A stretch of DNA of 64,000 nucleotides from positions 192,001 to 256,000 of the forward strand of contig JBMNJG010000003.1 of assembly GCA_050951545.1 (NCBI GenBank), written 5' to 3'. Below, in pieces: positions 31,068-41,801 of the stretch. A program made the position numbers and the translations under genes. Positions within the stretch are counted from its first letter, which is position 1, and each line of letters begins with the position of its first letter. The notes below the pieces were generated by a model. The model made no database searches. It saw only the letters and a program-made list of their open reading frames with translations, and was not told the DNA's origin. Source of the DNA: Limnochordia bacterium. Its GTDB lineage: Bacteria > Bacillota > Limnochordia > DTU080.

Positions 31068-31961
31068 TCAGAGGTAGCCCAAGCGCTGCAGCAGTGCAGG
31101 ACGATCGCGCCAGCCTTCACTTGCCCTAACATGCAGGTCCAGATAGACCCGACTGCCCAACAGAGCCTCGATTTCCTGACGGGCCGCCGTGCCGATAGCC
31201 TTCAGCATTGAGCCTTGCTTACCGATGATAATGCCCTTGTGCGACTTGCGTTCGACATGGATGCGCGCTCGAATATGAACCACGTCGTCTGAGACGCCCT
31301 CCTCGAACTCCTCAGTGACCACTGCAACTGAGTGCGGCACTTCCTCCCGCGTGTGGTGCAGTATTTGCTCTCGGATCAGCTCCGCGATGACGAACTCCTC
31401 CGGCCGGTCGGTGATCATCCCTTCAGGAAAATACCTCGGTCCGCTTGGCATCAGCCCCACGATCGCGGCCAGCAACTCCGGTACATTATCACCGGTCTCC
31501 GCAGACAACGGGAAGACCGCATGAAAGTCGCCCAGCTCACTGCTTTTGGCTAGAGCCTCCAGCACATGTTCCGACCTCAGCAGATCGCATTTGTTCAAAG
31601 CCAGGATGATCGGTGTGCCTACTCTATGCACACGTTCGGCAACGAATTGATCCCCACCACCAATACCCGCTGCTGCGTCGACAACAAACAGGATGCAGTC
31701 CACTTCCGACCAGGCCTCGGTCGCGACCTTCATCATGTATTCGCCGAGTCGGTGGCGGGGTTTATGTACTCCGGGAGTATCAAGGAAAACCACCTGCGCC
31801 TCAGGTCCGTGATAGACCCCGACAATGCGGTTCCGTGTTGTCTGGGGCTTATCGGACACGATAGCGACTTTTTGACCAATGAACCGATTGAGAAGTGTGG
31901 ACTTCCCTACATTCGGACGCCCGACTATTGCAGCAAAACCTGAGACGAAACCATGCTCCAT
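31068..31961 (-). CDS. era: GTPase Era
   Basis: GRPNVGKS, QTTR, DTPG, NKCD, KH domain IIGKQG. Confidence 0.97.
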   Translation of the reverse strand: MEHGFVSGFAAIVGRPNVGKSTLLNRFIGQKVAIVSDKPQTTRNRIVGVYHGPEAQVVFLDTPGVHKPRHRLGEYMMKVATEAWSEVDCILFVVDAAAGIGGGDQFVAERVHRVGTPIILALNKCDLLRSEHVLEALAKSSELGDFHAVFPLSAETGDNVPELLAAIVGLMPSGPRYFPEGMITDRPEEFVIAELIREQILHHTREEVPHSVAVVTEEFEEGVSDDVVHIRARIHVERKSHKGIIIGKQGSMLKAIGTAARQEIEALLGSRVYLDLHVRASEGWRDRPALLQRLGYL

Positions 31962-32365
31962 CAGTTGCCCTTACCTCCTAGGGTCGAGATCCCAAATGCA
32001 CAAGGGTAAAGCACATCCAAGCGAATCGTCTCAGACTTCCCTTGCAGCGTAGCCATGGTGACCTCCAATTGGGGAGCGAATTCTGCCAAAACCTGGCGGC
32101 AGATCCCACAGGGAGATGCTGGTTCAGCGGAATCGCAAACAATGGCGATCGCCTCGAAATCCCTCTCACCCTGGGAGATGGCCTTGGTGAGAGCCACCCG
32201 CTCCGCACAAACGGTAGCTCCGTAGGAAGCGTTCTCCACATTGCATCCATGGTATACCCTGCCACTTCGGCCCAGTAAGGCGGCACCAACTGCAAAAGCC
32301 GAGTAAGGGGCATACGCGTAGGTTCTCGCCTTGATGGCTTCCGCCACAAGATCAAGAGTGTCCAT
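31961..32365 (-). CDS. cdd: Cytidine deaminase
   Basis: NVENASY, CAE, PCGICRQ (tetrameric Cys type). Confidence 0.95.
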   Translation of the reverse strand: MDTLDLVAEAIKARTYAYAPYSAFAVGAALLGRSGRVYHGCNVENASYGATVCAERVALTKAISQGERDFEAIAIVCDSAEPASPCGICRQVLAEFAPQLEVTMATLQGKSETIRLDVLYPCAFGISTLGGKGN

Positions 32366-32432
32366 GACGCTCTCTCCTCCCAGTAGGCCGTGTGTTACGC
32401 TGTGCGGGCAATCGGTTGCCGACACGCGTGCT

Positions 32433-33140
32433 CTACGAAATGAGCTGAAAGGCCAGGGCCGTCACCAGAAAGCCAATCAGGCCTCCTACCACCACCTCGG
32501 AGATGCTGTGAATCTTGGCTTCCACGCGGCTTTGGCCGACCAAAACGGTCAGCAAGACGGCCAAAAGAGACACTGTCCCACTGTTGCTCAGGAAGAAGAT
32601 CGACGTGGCCAATGAGCTAGCGATGGCGGTGTGCGCGCTCGGCATTCCTCCCTGCATGCGGACCGGAGTGCCGACAGACTTCATCGCCACAACCACGATA
32701 AGTACCACAACCAGGGCGATCACAGTGACAAGAGGTGGGGTAGCCAAGGTGCGAGACAGAGACTCCTGATGTAGACAAGCGACCTTGTCGAAGAAGAGTA
32801 GGTACCCCATCACCAACGAAGTCACTGCTGCCATCAGCACAGCAGCAGCTGCCACATTCTTGGCAATGGCGGCTAAGGGATGGTACTCCTCCGTAACCAG
32901 ATCCACGGTCGCCTCCACCGACGTATTCACCAGTTCACAGATAATCACCAGACCTATGGTCAGCCCTAGGAGCGCCAGTTCCATCGGAGTCAAATCGAAG
33001 GCCATCGCTAGTAACACTACCAGCACGGTAATGAGGAAATGCGCCCGTAGATGGCGCTGTGTTCGGAATGCATAAACGAGACCAGCGACAGCGTAGTTGA
33101 GACTCTCGGTAAAGTTTCGAGCCCTGAATTTGCTCGTCAT
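32433..33140 (-). CDS. dgkA: DgkA/UdpK kinase fused to a PAP2-like phosphatase domain
   Basis: ELVNTSVEATVD..AKNVAAAAV (DgkA), then GGMPSAH and SRVEAKIH..EV (PAP2 motifs). Confidence 0.85.
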   Translation of the reverse strand: MTSKFRARNFTESLNYAVAGLVYAFRTQRHLRAHFLITVLVVLLAMAFDLTPMELALLGLTIGLVIICELVNTSVEATVDLVTEEYHPLAAIAKNVAAAAVLMAAVTSLVMGYLLFFDKVACLHQESLSRTLATPPLVTVIALVVVLIVVVAMKSVGTPVRMQGGMPSAHTAIASSLATSIFFLSNSGTVSLLAVLLTVLVGQSRVEAKIHSISEVVVGGLIGFLVTALAFQLIS

Positions 33141-33146
33141 CCTCTT

Positions 33147-33620
33147 CTACCGTCCCCAACCCAGTTTTGACAAGATCATCTCTTCGTGAGCTCGCATCTC
33201 CTGACGCTCTGCCTCTTCGTCATGATCGAACCCGAGAAGATGCAGTACGCCATGAACAGCCAGAAAAGCCAGCTCTCGAGACAGGGTGTGACCATATTCG
33301 GCCGCTTGCGACCTCGCCCGGGGCAGCGAGATCACGATGTCTCCGAGAAGGCGCGGCTCACCCTCTCCGAGTTCGTGCATCGGCTCATCGGCATCCTGTT
33401 CTTCCAGGGCAAAAGATAGGACATCCGTCGGCGCGTCCACGTTCCGCCAACTGCGATTGAGTTCATGTAGCATCTCATCATCGCCCAACACCACCGAGAC
33501 CTCAGCATCTGCGATGTCGAAATGATCGAGTACCGCGTTGACTACTGCCTCCAGCAGCTCTAAGACAGATTCGTCCACATTGCTGACCTGACTCGCCACC
33601 ACAGCACCCATTCCTGTCAC
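33147..33620 (-). CDS. ybeY: rRNA maturation endoribonuclease
   Basis: TDVLSF, LGDIVI, HGVLHLLGFDH. Confidence 0.96.
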   Translation of the reverse strand: MTGMGAVVASQVSNVDESVLELLEAVVNAVLDHFDIADAEVSVVLGDDEMLHELNRSWRNVDAPTDVLSFALEEQDADEPMHELGEGEPRLLGDIVISLPRARSQAAEYGHTLSRELAFLAVHGVLHLLGFDHDEEAERQEMRAHEEMILSKLGWGR

Positions 33621-33630
33621 CTTCTCTTTT

Positions 33631-35766
33631 TTAGTGGCCAGAGCTGTCAGCCACTACATCCGGGTACTTGATACGGTTGTGGAAAATGCCGTTCAGAATA
33701 CGCACAAAGGCTTCAGCAATCTTGCCGAGATCCTTGAAGGTAATGTCGCTCTCATCGAGTTGACCATCGTTGAGCCGCTCTTTGATGATCTTGCGCGTCA
33801 TGGCCTCGATGCATCCTGGGGTGGGCCGGGCCAAAGAGCGCACAGCTGCCTCTACACTGTCGGCTAACATTACGATCGCAGTCTCTTTGGTCTGTGGCCG
33901 TGGGCCCGGATAGTGATAGTCTGCTTCATCGACAGCTTGGCCTGCGGCCTGCTCTACTGCCTTATGGTAGAAGAAGCGTACCAGATCCGTACCGTGATGC
34001 TCAGGAATTGCATCGATAATGACTTGGGGTACGCGGTACTGCCTGGCCAACTCCACACCGTCTTTAGCATGGGAGATGATGACCAGGGTCGAGAGTGAAG
34101 GCGTCATGTGCTCATGGGGGTTTTCGGCGCCATACTGATTTTCAATAAAAAAATACGGTCGCCGCACCTTGCCTACATCATGGTACTGCGCCTGCACACG
34201 CGTAAGCAGCGTATCCGCCCCCACCGCCTCAGCAGCGGCCTCAGCCAAGTTAGCCACAATCATGCTATGATGGTAACTCCCTGGGGCCTCCATCAGCAGC
34301 TTTCGTAGCAACGGATGATTGGGATTCGAAAACTCCAGTAAGCGGATCGATGATGTGATACCAAAGGCAGACTCCAGATAGGGCAAGAGGCCGATGGCCA
34401 GCACTGCCGAGATTAGCCCGTTCAACACACCGAGGACCGAGAACTTGACCATGAGCCACTCCGAGCGAAAAAGTCCCAAAGCGATCATCGAGACAAAATT
34501 GGCCATTCCTACAATCAGACCAGCTCGAGTAACGTCGCTGCGCTGACTGAGCCGTGAGACACTGAATACACTGGCCAGACCACCTGACAGGGCCACCAAC
34601 ACGTACTTGATGTCTTGACCCATCACCAGACCCACGACCACGCCAAGGAAAATCACACTCATGACAGCAAGACGGGAGTCAAGAAGCACACTGATCAAGA
34701 TGCCTGCCACGGCGGTGGGAATAAGGTAGCCTGCCCCCTCCAAAGGTACTAGGCTCGCGATCTTCGCGAGGGCAGAGACCACCACAATTGTCAGACCCAG
34801 AAGGGCCATCACCGATTGGCTCTGCATCAGTCGGCGATGAAACTGATGCACATAGACCGCCATCATGACCATAAGCATGAGGACGATGGTAGCCACGCCC
34901 AAGACCGTGGCGTAGTTCACTCGCTGACCCAACAGACCCAAGTCCCGCAGAATCGTGACATGTTCAGGCTGAACGATATCGCCCTTGCGAACAATCATCT
35001 GCCCCTGTTCGACGTACACAGGTCTTACTGAGCGCATCGCCTGTTCTCGCGCCCGCTCCACCTTCTGAGGGTCCAATACGAGATTCGGCCTGATGACGCT
35101 GTTCACGGCACTGGTCAGCAACAGACGCTCAGCAGACGGGTGCCCGAGCGCTACGACACGCTTCTCAGCTGCATTGCGAACAGCAATCACATGCTCTTCA
35201 TCTATCCGCTCCGTGCGCATGAGACTGGCGACCAATTCTCGGGCATCAGCCTCTAATTGCACCAAGCCCTCCTTGGAAACCGCCAACCCAGCTCGCACGG
35301 CCTCATTGGGCATCTCGATCCCCAAGGTCGTCTTCAGGTACTGCTTGGCTGCATCGGTTGTTCGAAACGAAGGCACAGCAGTCGCATCGGCGTGAGCACC
35401 CGTTTGGATCTCTTCTCCTCGTAACACCCGGAAGATGTTACCAACCAACTCCTCGGCGTTTATGGCTGCAGCCTGGTTGATCTCGTAGTTGGATGCGAGG
35501 GCAGCGGCCTCGCGCACAGCTGCCTTCGCGGCCTCTTCCCGAAGAAGGTCAGTACGATAGCGATTGGTGACTCGCCGTGGGGCCTCTACATCACGCTTGG
35601 CAACCTGACCCTCCGACATCTCTACGGGCTTAGGCAAGAGATTACCCAAGAGCACGAGATTGAGGGAGACAAACACAAGCACAGGCACAATCCATTGGCT
35701 AGTCCTCAACCGTAGCAGAACCTCTACGTACCCGCGCTTGGGGCTACGCAGGGCTGGCCGCTTCAT
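33631..35766 (-). CDS. pgpH: 7TM-HD c-di-AMP phosphodiesterase (PgpH/YqfF)
   Basis: Extracellular domain, multiple TMs, YHHS, YHDVGK, HHGT, LADSVEA; lies between phoH and ybeY. Confidence 0.9.
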   Translation of the reverse strand: MKRPALRSPKRGYVEVLLRLRTSQWIVPVLVFVSLNLVLLGNLLPKPVEMSEGQVAKRDVEAPRRVTNRYRTDLLREEAAKAAVREAAALASNYEINQAAAINAEELVGNIFRVLRGEEIQTGAHADATAVPSFRTTDAAKQYLKTTLGIEMPNEAVRAGLAVSKEGLVQLEADARELVASLMRTERIDEEHVIAVRNAAEKRVVALGHPSAERLLLTSAVNSVIRPNLVLDPQKVERAREQAMRSVRPVYVEQGQMIVRKGDIVQPEHVTILRDLGLLGQRVNYATVLGVATIVLMLMVMMAVYVHQFHRRLMQSQSVMALLGLTIVVVSALAKIASLVPLEGAGYLIPTAVAGILISVLLDSRLAVMSVIFLGVVVGLVMGQDIKYVLVALSGGLASVFSVSRLSQRSDVTRAGLIVGMANFVSMIALGLFRSEWLMVKFSVLGVLNGLISAVLAIGLLPYLESAFGITSSIRLLEFSNPNHPLLRKLLMEAPGSYHHSMIVANLAEAAAEAVGADTLLTRVQAQYHDVGKVRRPYFFIENQYGAENPHEHMTPSLSTLVIISHAKDGVELARQYRVPQVIIDAIPEHHGTDLVRFFYHKAVEQAAGQAVDEADYHYPGPRPQTKETAIVMLADSVEAAVRSLARPTPGCIEAMTRKIIKERLNDGQLDESDITFKDLGKIAEAFVRILNGIFHNRIKYPDVVADSSGH

Positions 35767-36785
35767 GCACTCACCTCGTCTGCACCACAGAGGGCATCTG
35801 TCGAAGACCGCTCCGTTGCCTGAACAGCGTCATAGCGCTCATAGGCCTGGATAATGCGTTGTACAAGCTCATGCCGGACCACGTCTTTCTCATCCAAGTA
35901 AGTGAAGGCAACCCCCTCCACGTTGGACAGAATCCGCTGCACCTCTACAAGGCCCGAAAAGCTACCATCGGGGAGATCGACCTGAGTAATGTCACCAGTG
36001 ACCACGATCCGCGAGCCGAAACCCATACGGGTGAGGAACATCTTCATCTGCTCAGGCGTGGTGTTTTGTGCTTCGTCAAGGATAATGAAGGCATCATCGA
36101 GTGTTCGCCCACGCATATAGGCCAAAGGAGCCACCTCAATGAGGCCGCGTTCCATCATCTTTTGGAAGTTATCTACTCCCATGATGTCATACAACGCATC
36201 ATAGAGCGGTCGCAGGTATGGGTCGACTTTGTCCTGAAGATCACCGGGCAAGAAACCCAACTTCTCGCCAGCCTCGACAGCTGGCCGCGTGAGAACAAGC
36301 CGGCTTACCTCTTTATTCTTTAGAGCCATGACGGCCATGGCCATTGCCAGGTAGGTCTTACCTGTACCAGCCGGACCAATGCCGAAGACTATGCCGTTAC
36401 GCCTGATGGCATCGACATACAGCTTCTGCCCCATGGTCTTGGGGCTGATCTTTTTGCCGCGGGCCGTGACCGCTACCACGTCGGCCTGAATGGTCTCAAG
36501 TCGGGCATTGCCCTCGCTAGATGCCAGCCGCACAGCGTAGCGCACCTCCTGAGGCGTCACGTAAGGACGTCTATGACAGAGGCCTACCAGATCAGTGAGC
36601 ACCTTGCGAGCGGTGCCCACAGCCTCGGCTGCCCCGTCTATGACTAACTCGTTACCTCTGGCGACAATGCGCACATCAAGCCCATGCTCGATAACGCGTA
36701 AGTTCTCATCGCGCGGCCCAAAGAGGGCGCATAAGGAGGTGCCGTTGTCGACCGCAAAGCGGTCTTGTACCAAAGAGACATCCAA
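35763..36785 (-). CDS. phoH: PhoH family ATPase
   Basis: GPAGTGKT, RPAVEAGEKLGFLPG, YMRGRT, DEAQN. Confidence 0.95.
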   Translation of the reverse strand: MDVSLVQDRFAVDNGTSLCALFGPRDENLRVIEHGLDVRIVARGNELVIDGAAEAVGTARKVLTDLVGLCHRRPYVTPQEVRYAVRLASSEGNARLETIQADVVAVTARGKKISPKTMGQKLYVDAIRRNGIVFGIGPAGTGKTYLAMAMAVMALKNKEVSRLVLTRPAVEAGEKLGFLPGDLQDKVDPYLRPLYDALYDIMGVDNFQKMMERGLIEVAPLAYMRGRTLDDAFIILDEAQNTTPEQMKMFLTRMGFGSRIVVTGDITQVDLPDGSFSGLVEVQRILSNVEGVAFTYLDEKDVVRHELVQRIIQAYERYDAVQATERSSTDALCGADEVSA

Positions 36786-36864
36786 GCTTGTCCATCGCCC
36801 CCTACCAAGGTGATCGCCTACAGTATATCAGATCTCGGCAGGCCAGCTACAGCACAAACGCGCT

Positions 36865-38118
36865 TCAGGGTCCCGGCACAGGTTGCACGAACCGCTCTAT
36901 GGCCGATACCGCTGCTACCGAGGGCGCGGTCAGGGGACGAAAATAATGGATGTCCTGCAGAGCCTCCACAGTCACCTTCGCTCTAAGAACCTCGACTGCC
37001 CCGATAGTGAACGTCTCCATTTCCACGCGTGCTGGCCTCTCCATGGCTGTTCCCGCAGGCAAGGCCCGTTTTACCTGTTCCCAAGCGGCATCCAGAACGC
37101 TCGCTTCAACTAGGGCGGGGTCAAGCGGTACGAGCCGTCTTTCCACTTCCTCACGTCGCAGCCAGGTGATCACTGCGGGAAATGGCCATACACGCCAGGA
37201 TCTGCACACCTCGGAGAAGGCTGAGAAAGGAGGGGGGGATCCCAAGATGCCTTGACGTGGCCCCCATTGCCACAGCAACTGGCGTCGTACCCGGCCCGTT
37301 GGCGTCTCCTCTTGCCGCACCATGGCCCCCTCCGCGACACCCTCATGCCATACCCGGGCTCGCACTATGCCTTGTGCGTGAAGATAGGGTAGCTCACCTT
37401 TGGCTAGCAACTCTTTGTGTTCAGGGGCTTGGGGCGGTATCAGCCCACTGATCAGAAGCTGCCCAGCCATCACCGGATCGCCTTCCTGGACCATGGGAAT
37501 CCCTCTCAAGGTGACCAGCTTCTCCACCACACCGCCGGTAGCTGCCACAACATCGCCAGGAAGCCTCTGGTCTTGCTCTGGGACGATGCGCTCGGCGACA
37601 CTGACAGTCGCCAGGGTACCCCACAATTCGACGTTGACCCAGACCAGTCGCTCAAGGCTCAGAATGAGCTCTCGTTCCACTGCAGTAATCGAGAGAGCCC
37701 TTTTCGACACCCCTGGGCGTAGCCCGGCTTGTCGGGCCACGCCCAAAATCCTCTCTTTGGGAACCTCGATTGCCCCTCGCACATCCACGAACCAGACATA
37801 TGAAGAGAGCGCATAGAGCACCGCAACGGCTACCAACCCGCCAGCCACAAGCGCCTTGCGACGCGTTAGTTTCTGAATGGCAAACGCCCATCCTACTCGG
37901 CGCACAATGGTGACTCTCCATCTGCGACGAGCCAAGGAACAGATGCTACGAAAGTGGCGCCCATGGATCGTCGCCACCAGCATATCTCGTGCTGGCCTCT
38001 CTACGTTGTGGAGGGAAACCCCCGCCTCCACAGCCAGATTAAGCAAACGCTCCGGGTCGGCTCCACTCACCCGGATCACGATGAGACCGCCCCAAGGCCC
38101 TAAGCGATGTCCGGGCAC
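36865..38118 (-). CDS. yqfD: Stage IV sporulation protein YqfD
   Basis: ERLLN, TM followed by SSYVWFVDVRG, VQEGDPV..GQLLISG; lies between yqfC and phoH. Confidence 0.88.
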   Translation of the reverse strand: MPGHRLGPWGGLIVIRVSGADPERLLNLAVEAGVSLHNVERPARDMLVATIHGRHFRSICSLARRRWRVTIVRRVGWAFAIQKLTRRKALVAGGLVAVAVLYALSSYVWFVDVRGAIEVPKERILGVARQAGLRPGVSKRALSITAVERELILSLERLVWVNVELWGTLATVSVAERIVPEQDQRLPGDVVAATGGVVEKLVTLRGIPMVQEGDPVMAGQLLISGLIPPQAPEHKELLAKGELPYLHAQGIVRARVWHEGVAEGAMVRQEETPTGRVRRQLLWQWGPRQGILGSPPPFSAFSEVCRSWRVWPFPAVITWLRREEVERRLVPLDPALVEASVLDAAWEQVKRALPAGTAMERPARVEMETFTIGAVEVLRAKVTVEALQDIHYFRPLTAPSVAAVSAIERFVQPVPGP

Positions 38119-38119
38119 C

Positions 38120-38416
38120 CTATAGCCCCCCACCCCGAGGTTTCGCCGCGAACTGCACGCTGGTAATCCGTCCGCCAATCACGACTTCCTGCTGGAAAAT
38201 GCTGGCGATCTTCATGTGGGTGCCGGTGACAATCATCTCACCCTGCCCTGTCCGTACGCGAATCTTCCGAGGGGAGTACTCTAGGATCCCTTTGTGATTT
38301 CCGATCTGGATACTGCGATTGCCGATCAGTACGGCCTGCGGCAAGTCGAGGAAAACCTCTTGAGGCATCTCCAGTTGGCCCGTGAACCCCTCAAGCAAGC
38401 GGCGCCAGACAGACAC
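38120..38416 (-). CDS. yqfC: Sporulation protein YqfC (YabP/YqfC family)
   Basis: LDLP..LIGN..I.NHKGILEY; conserved gene order. Confidence 0.88.
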   Translation of the reverse strand: MSVWRRLLEGFTGQLEMPQEVFLDLPQAVLIGNRSIQIGNHKGILEYSPRKIRVRTGQGEMIVTGTHMKIASIFQQEVVIGGRITSVQFAAKPRGGGL

Positions 38417-38484
38417 AGTGAGATACCTCCCGCGATACTAACCGTGTACTTGCCCCTATGCTTTGTATGCGAAAAGCTGTAGTC

Positions 38485-38700
38485 TCATGACGACCAACCG
38501 CCTCCACGATAAGGCGCTAGGCTGCGAGGGGGACCCAGAATCACGGCCATCACGACACCTTGTCTGAGGGTCAGTTTCGCCTTCTCAGGCACCACCACCG
38601 CCACCAGTGACTGAGCCGGAGGCTCCTTGTGGCCGGGTTTCATCACCACCTCCGAAGGCGCCATCTCCAGCTGTTCCTTGGGGGCATCCATCCTCATCAC
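38485..38700 (-). CDS. Short YqfB-like protein
   Basis: Occupies the yqfB position after floA; C-terminal LRQGVVMAVILGPPRS resembles the YqfB tail. Confidence 0.55.
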   Translation of the reverse strand: MMRMDAPKEQLEMAPSEVVMKPGHKEPPAQSLVAVVVPEKAKLTLRQGVVMAVILGPPRSLAPYRGGGWSS

Positions 38701-38702
38701 CT

Positions 38703-39704
38703 CTACTGCGTTAATGGCGTGTCAGTCGGGCCTTGCTCCTGTCCCTCGTCGGGCTTTCCCAGAGATTCGCGCATCTTGGTATCGGCGATCAAGTTGCGCA
38801 TCGTGTAGTAATCCATGGCGCCCAAGTTTCCGGCACGCAGGGCCTCGGAAAGAGCCCGAGGCACCTCTGCCTCAGCTTCCACGACCATGGCGCGCATTTC
38901 TTCCACTCGCGCCTTCATCTCTTGTTCCAGAGCCTGGGCAGCAAAGCGCCTTTCCGCAGCTTTGGCCTGGGCAATGCTCTTGTCGGCCTCTGCCTGATCT
39001 ATCTGTAGCTCCGCACCGATGTTACGACCAACATCCACGTCTGCGATGTCAATGGACAGGATCTCAAAAGCAGTGCCTGCGTCGAGCCCCTTGCTCAAAA
39101 CAGTCGCGGAGATGCGGTCCGGATTCTCCAGTACCTCCTTGTGCGACCCTGCGGAGCCCACTGTAGTGACTATGCCCTCGCCGACACGAGCGATGATCGT
39201 CGGCTCGCCCGCTCCTCCGACGAGGCGATCGATATTAGCGCGTACTGTAACCCGGGCCTTTGCTTTCAGTTCAATGCCATCCTTAGCCACGGCCGAGATA
39301 ATCGGCGTCTCGATCACCTTGGGGTTGACACTCATCTGAACGGCCTCCAACACTTGGCGTCCAGCGAGGTCTATCGCCGCAGCCCGTTCGAAGGTGAGTC
39401 CGATCTGAGCCCGATGAGCAGCGATCAGGGCATCGATCACCCGGTCTACATTACCCCCTGCCAGGTGATGCGCTTCCAGTTTGTCAATCGTCACATCAAT
39501 GCCAGCTTTCTCCGCCTTGATCATAGGCAGAATTATCCGTCCAGGCGACACCCGCCGCAAACGCATCCCGATAAGCGTAACGATACTCACTCTAACCCCA
39601 GCCGCCAAAGCAGAGATCCATAAGCCCACTGGGACGAAACTGAGCAGAACGAACACCAGAGCGACAATCACGAGCAGAACCCCAGAGAGGACCACTTCTG
39701 GCAT
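38703..39704 (-). CDS. floA: Flotillin-like protein FloA (YqfA)
   Basis: [37 protein letters not shown]. Confidence 0.96.
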   Translation of the reverse strand: MPEVVLSGVLLVIVALVFVLLSFVPVGLWISALAAGVRVSIVTLIGMRLRRVSPGRIILPMIKAEKAGIDVTIDKLEAHHLAGGNVDRVIDALIAAHRAQIGLTFERAAAIDLAGRQVLEAVQMSVNPKVIETPIISAVAKDGIELKAKARVTVRANIDRLVGGAGEPTIIARVGEGIVTTVGSAGSHKEVLENPDRISATVLSKGLDAGTAFEILSIDIADVDVGRNIGAELQIDQAEADKSIAQAKAAERRFAAQALEQEMKARVEEMRAMVVEAEAEVPRALSEALRAGNLGAMDYYTMRNLIADTKMRESLGKPDEGQEQGPTDTPLTQ

Positions 39705-39741
39705 TACCCACTCCCCCTTTTCGGTACCGCTGAGTTTTTCT

Positions 39742-41061
39742 CTATACTTCCCGGACAACAATTCTTGATCCTTGCACGCTGACTACCTGCACTCGCCGCC
39801 CGGCCGCGATCCAGGCTCCCTCTGATACGGCGTCAACACGCCGCCCCTCAATTTCTATGACCCCCGACGGACGAAGAACACTGTTCGCCACTGCCTCCTT
39901 GCCCAGCAAGTCCAGATGCTCGCTACCAGCCACATAGCCTTCTTCAGCTTCCTGTCGCGTTCCTAACACGACTCGATTCCACGGACCCTTGCCGCCCTTG
40001 GACAGCTGGCGTAGCAACAACCATCCAGCTGCAACCGTCAACGCACCTGCAACGGCGATCGCCTGTAACGCGAGATGCGGGTCCGGAAAGGAGAGAAACA
40101 GACTAGTAAGCACAGCCCCAATGCCAGCCACTCCGGCTACACCGAATCCTGGGATAACGAAAACCTCCAATAGCAACAACACCAGGCCAATGATGAATAG
40201 GAGGATCACCTCCCACCCCACGAGTCCCACAACCAATCGCCCCCCAAAAAACAGGGCGAGCGATGCCAAGGAGACAATTCCTGGCAAACCCCATCCAGGT
40301 GTGAGTATCTCGACCAAGAGACCTATGGCTGCGGCTGCTAACAGGAAGCTACCTGCAGAAGGACTGGTCAGCACACGGGCCGCCTTCTCCCCCCAATTCA
40401 TTGGGACAGTAACCAAGGGATGCGATTGCCCCACAAACTCCTCAACGAGGGCCTCCTTAGTAGGCGCTACAAGCTCAGCGATTCCCAGGCGGTGCGCCTC
40501 CCCAGCCCGCAGAGTGAGCAGCTCCCCCACCTCCACTACCCCCGGAATCGCCACCCGTGCATCGACCATAGCCGCCGCGACCAGGGGATCACGGCCAAAA
40601 CGCTCCGCTGTAGCCTCAAACTCCCCCCGTAATGCAGACACAGTCTTGGCGTCGCTAGGACGCGGCTCAGCGGCACCGATGCTGCTGCCAGCAGCCATCG
40701 CCATCTTGCTACCTGCCAAGGCAATCAAGGCCCCTGCAGACCACGCTCTACTGGTGACAAAGGTAAACACGGGGATCTTTGAGGAGACAAGGCAATCGCG
40801 TATCTGAACTGCCGCATCTACCCGCCCGCCCCAGGTATCAATCTCCACCACCACCGCAGCGGCCTCCTCAGCCGCTTGCGCGACCCCACGGCATATATAC
40901 GCCGACAACCCCTGATCGACCGTGCCTCTTGCCGAGAGTACATGCACTGGTGCTGCAACCCCGGCTGCCCCAGACAGACTACATAGGACCAAGACTATCA
41001 GTAGGCTGCCGACGCCCAGGGACACACTGCGGCCCTGTGACCATCTCACGGCCATCTCCAC
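39742..41061 (-). CDS. NfeD family membrane serine protease (YqeZ-like)
   Basis: [16 protein letters not shown] region, C-terminal OB fold LRPSG..DAVSEG. Confidence 0.92.
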   Translation of the reverse strand: MEMAVRWSQGRSVSLGVGSLLIVLVLCSLSGAAGVAAPVHVLSARGTVDQGLSAYICRGVAQAAEEAAAVVVEIDTWGGRVDAAVQIRDCLVSSKIPVFTFVTSRAWSAGALIALAGSKMAMAAGSSIGAAEPRPSDAKTVSALRGEFEATAERFGRDPLVAAAMVDARVAIPGVVEVGELLTLRAGEAHRLGIAELVAPTKEALVEEFVGQSHPLVTVPMNWGEKAARVLTSPSAGSFLLAAAAIGLLVEILTPGWGLPGIVSLASLALFFGGRLVVGLVGWEVILLFIIGLVLLLLEVFVIPGFGVAGVAGIGAVLTSLFLSFPDPHLALQAIAVAGALTVAAGWLLLRQLSKGGKGPWNRVVLGTRQEAEEGYVAGSEHLDLLGKEAVANSVLRPSGVIEIEGRRVDAVSEGAWIAAGRRVQVVSVQGSRIVVREV

Positions 41062-41064
41062 CCC

Positions 41065-41091
41065 TTCGTCCCGTGACAGATCCCGGTTTCA
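41065..41091 (-). promoter_or_regulatory. Candidate ECF (sigmaW-like) promoter of nfeD-floA
   Basis: TGAAAC-N17-CGAA; the B. subtilis yqeZ-floA operon is sigmaW-dependent. Confidence 0.5.
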
Positions 41092-41100
41092 CCCCTAATG

Positions 41101-41134
41101 ACAGAAGGGCCACCCGTCCAGAGGAGAGTGGCCC
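41101..41134 (-). terminator. Probable terminator after rpsU
   Basis: GGGCCAC...GTGGCCC stem followed by TTCTGT. Confidence 0.5.
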
Positions 41135-41163
41135 GCCATCGCATCCCCTACTTGGCCGTTCAC

Positions 41164-41358
41164 CTATCGGGGATTCTTACGCGATCTTACAGCACGTTTG
41201 CGCGCTGCTTCCGCCTTTTTCTTCCTTTTTACGCTGGGTTTGTCGTAAACCTCGTGCTTACGAGCATCAGTGAATACTCCTGACTTGCGACAGGTCTGCT
41301 TGAAGCGTCGCAAAGCGCGATCGAGGGATTCATTTTTACCAACACGAACCTCTGCCAC
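41164..41358 (-). CDS. rpsU: 30S ribosomal protein S21
   Basis: [22 protein letters not shown]; GTG start after AAAGGAGG. Confidence 0.96.
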   Translation of the reverse strand: MAEVRVGKNESLDRALRRFKQTCRKSGVFTDARKHEVYDKPSVKRKKKAEAARKRAVRSRKNPR

Positions 41359-41414
41359 TACGATCCCTCCTTTCGCGCCTGACTCTGTGTTCAGCGGCCT
41401 CAACTACACTGAGA

Positions 41415-41443
41415 ATCCTACACGCCTGCTGCCAAAGGGTCAA
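41415..41443 (-). promoter_or_regulatory. sigmaA promoter of rpsU
   Basis: TTGACC-N17-TAGGAT. Confidence 0.6.
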
Positions 41444-41450
41444 CCACCAA

Positions 41451-41801
41451 TCACCCTGGCGGCCACCCCAGTTGGCGCCCACCCAATACATGGAAATGGA
41501 CATGCTGAACGCTTTGTTGCGCATCACGACCGCAGTTATTCACGACACGGTAACCAGAAGCATCTACTTCCAACTGCTTAGCGATCTCTTTGGCGGCCTC
41601 CAGCATTCCGCCCAAGATGCGGACGTCTTCCGTAGTACTCGTGGCGAGCGACGCAATGTGCTTGCGAGGAATGATCACTACGTGCACGGGCGCCTGCGGG
41701 TTGATATCCCGAAAAGCCACAACCTGCTTATTCTCATACACGATATTAGCAGGTATATCGCCCGCGGCTATGCGACAGAAGATGCAATCATGATCCGTCA
41801 T
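41451..41801 (-). CDS. HIT family nucleotide-binding protein
   Basis: CIFCRI, FRDINPQAPVH, HVHFH, GWPPG. Confidence 0.94.
   Translation of the reverse strand: MTDHDCIFCRIAAGDIPANIVYENKQVVAFRDINPQAPVHVVIIPRKHIASLATSTTEDVRILGGMLEAAKEIAKQLEVDASGYRVVNNCGRDAQQSVQHVHFHVLGGRQLGWPPG

Noticed and set aside
39989-40807. Long antisense ORFs (e.g. 39989-40807, 52643-53326, 58156-58854, 30147-30812)
   Set aside because: Shadow frames of well-supported genes in GC-rich DNA, with no recognisable motifs.
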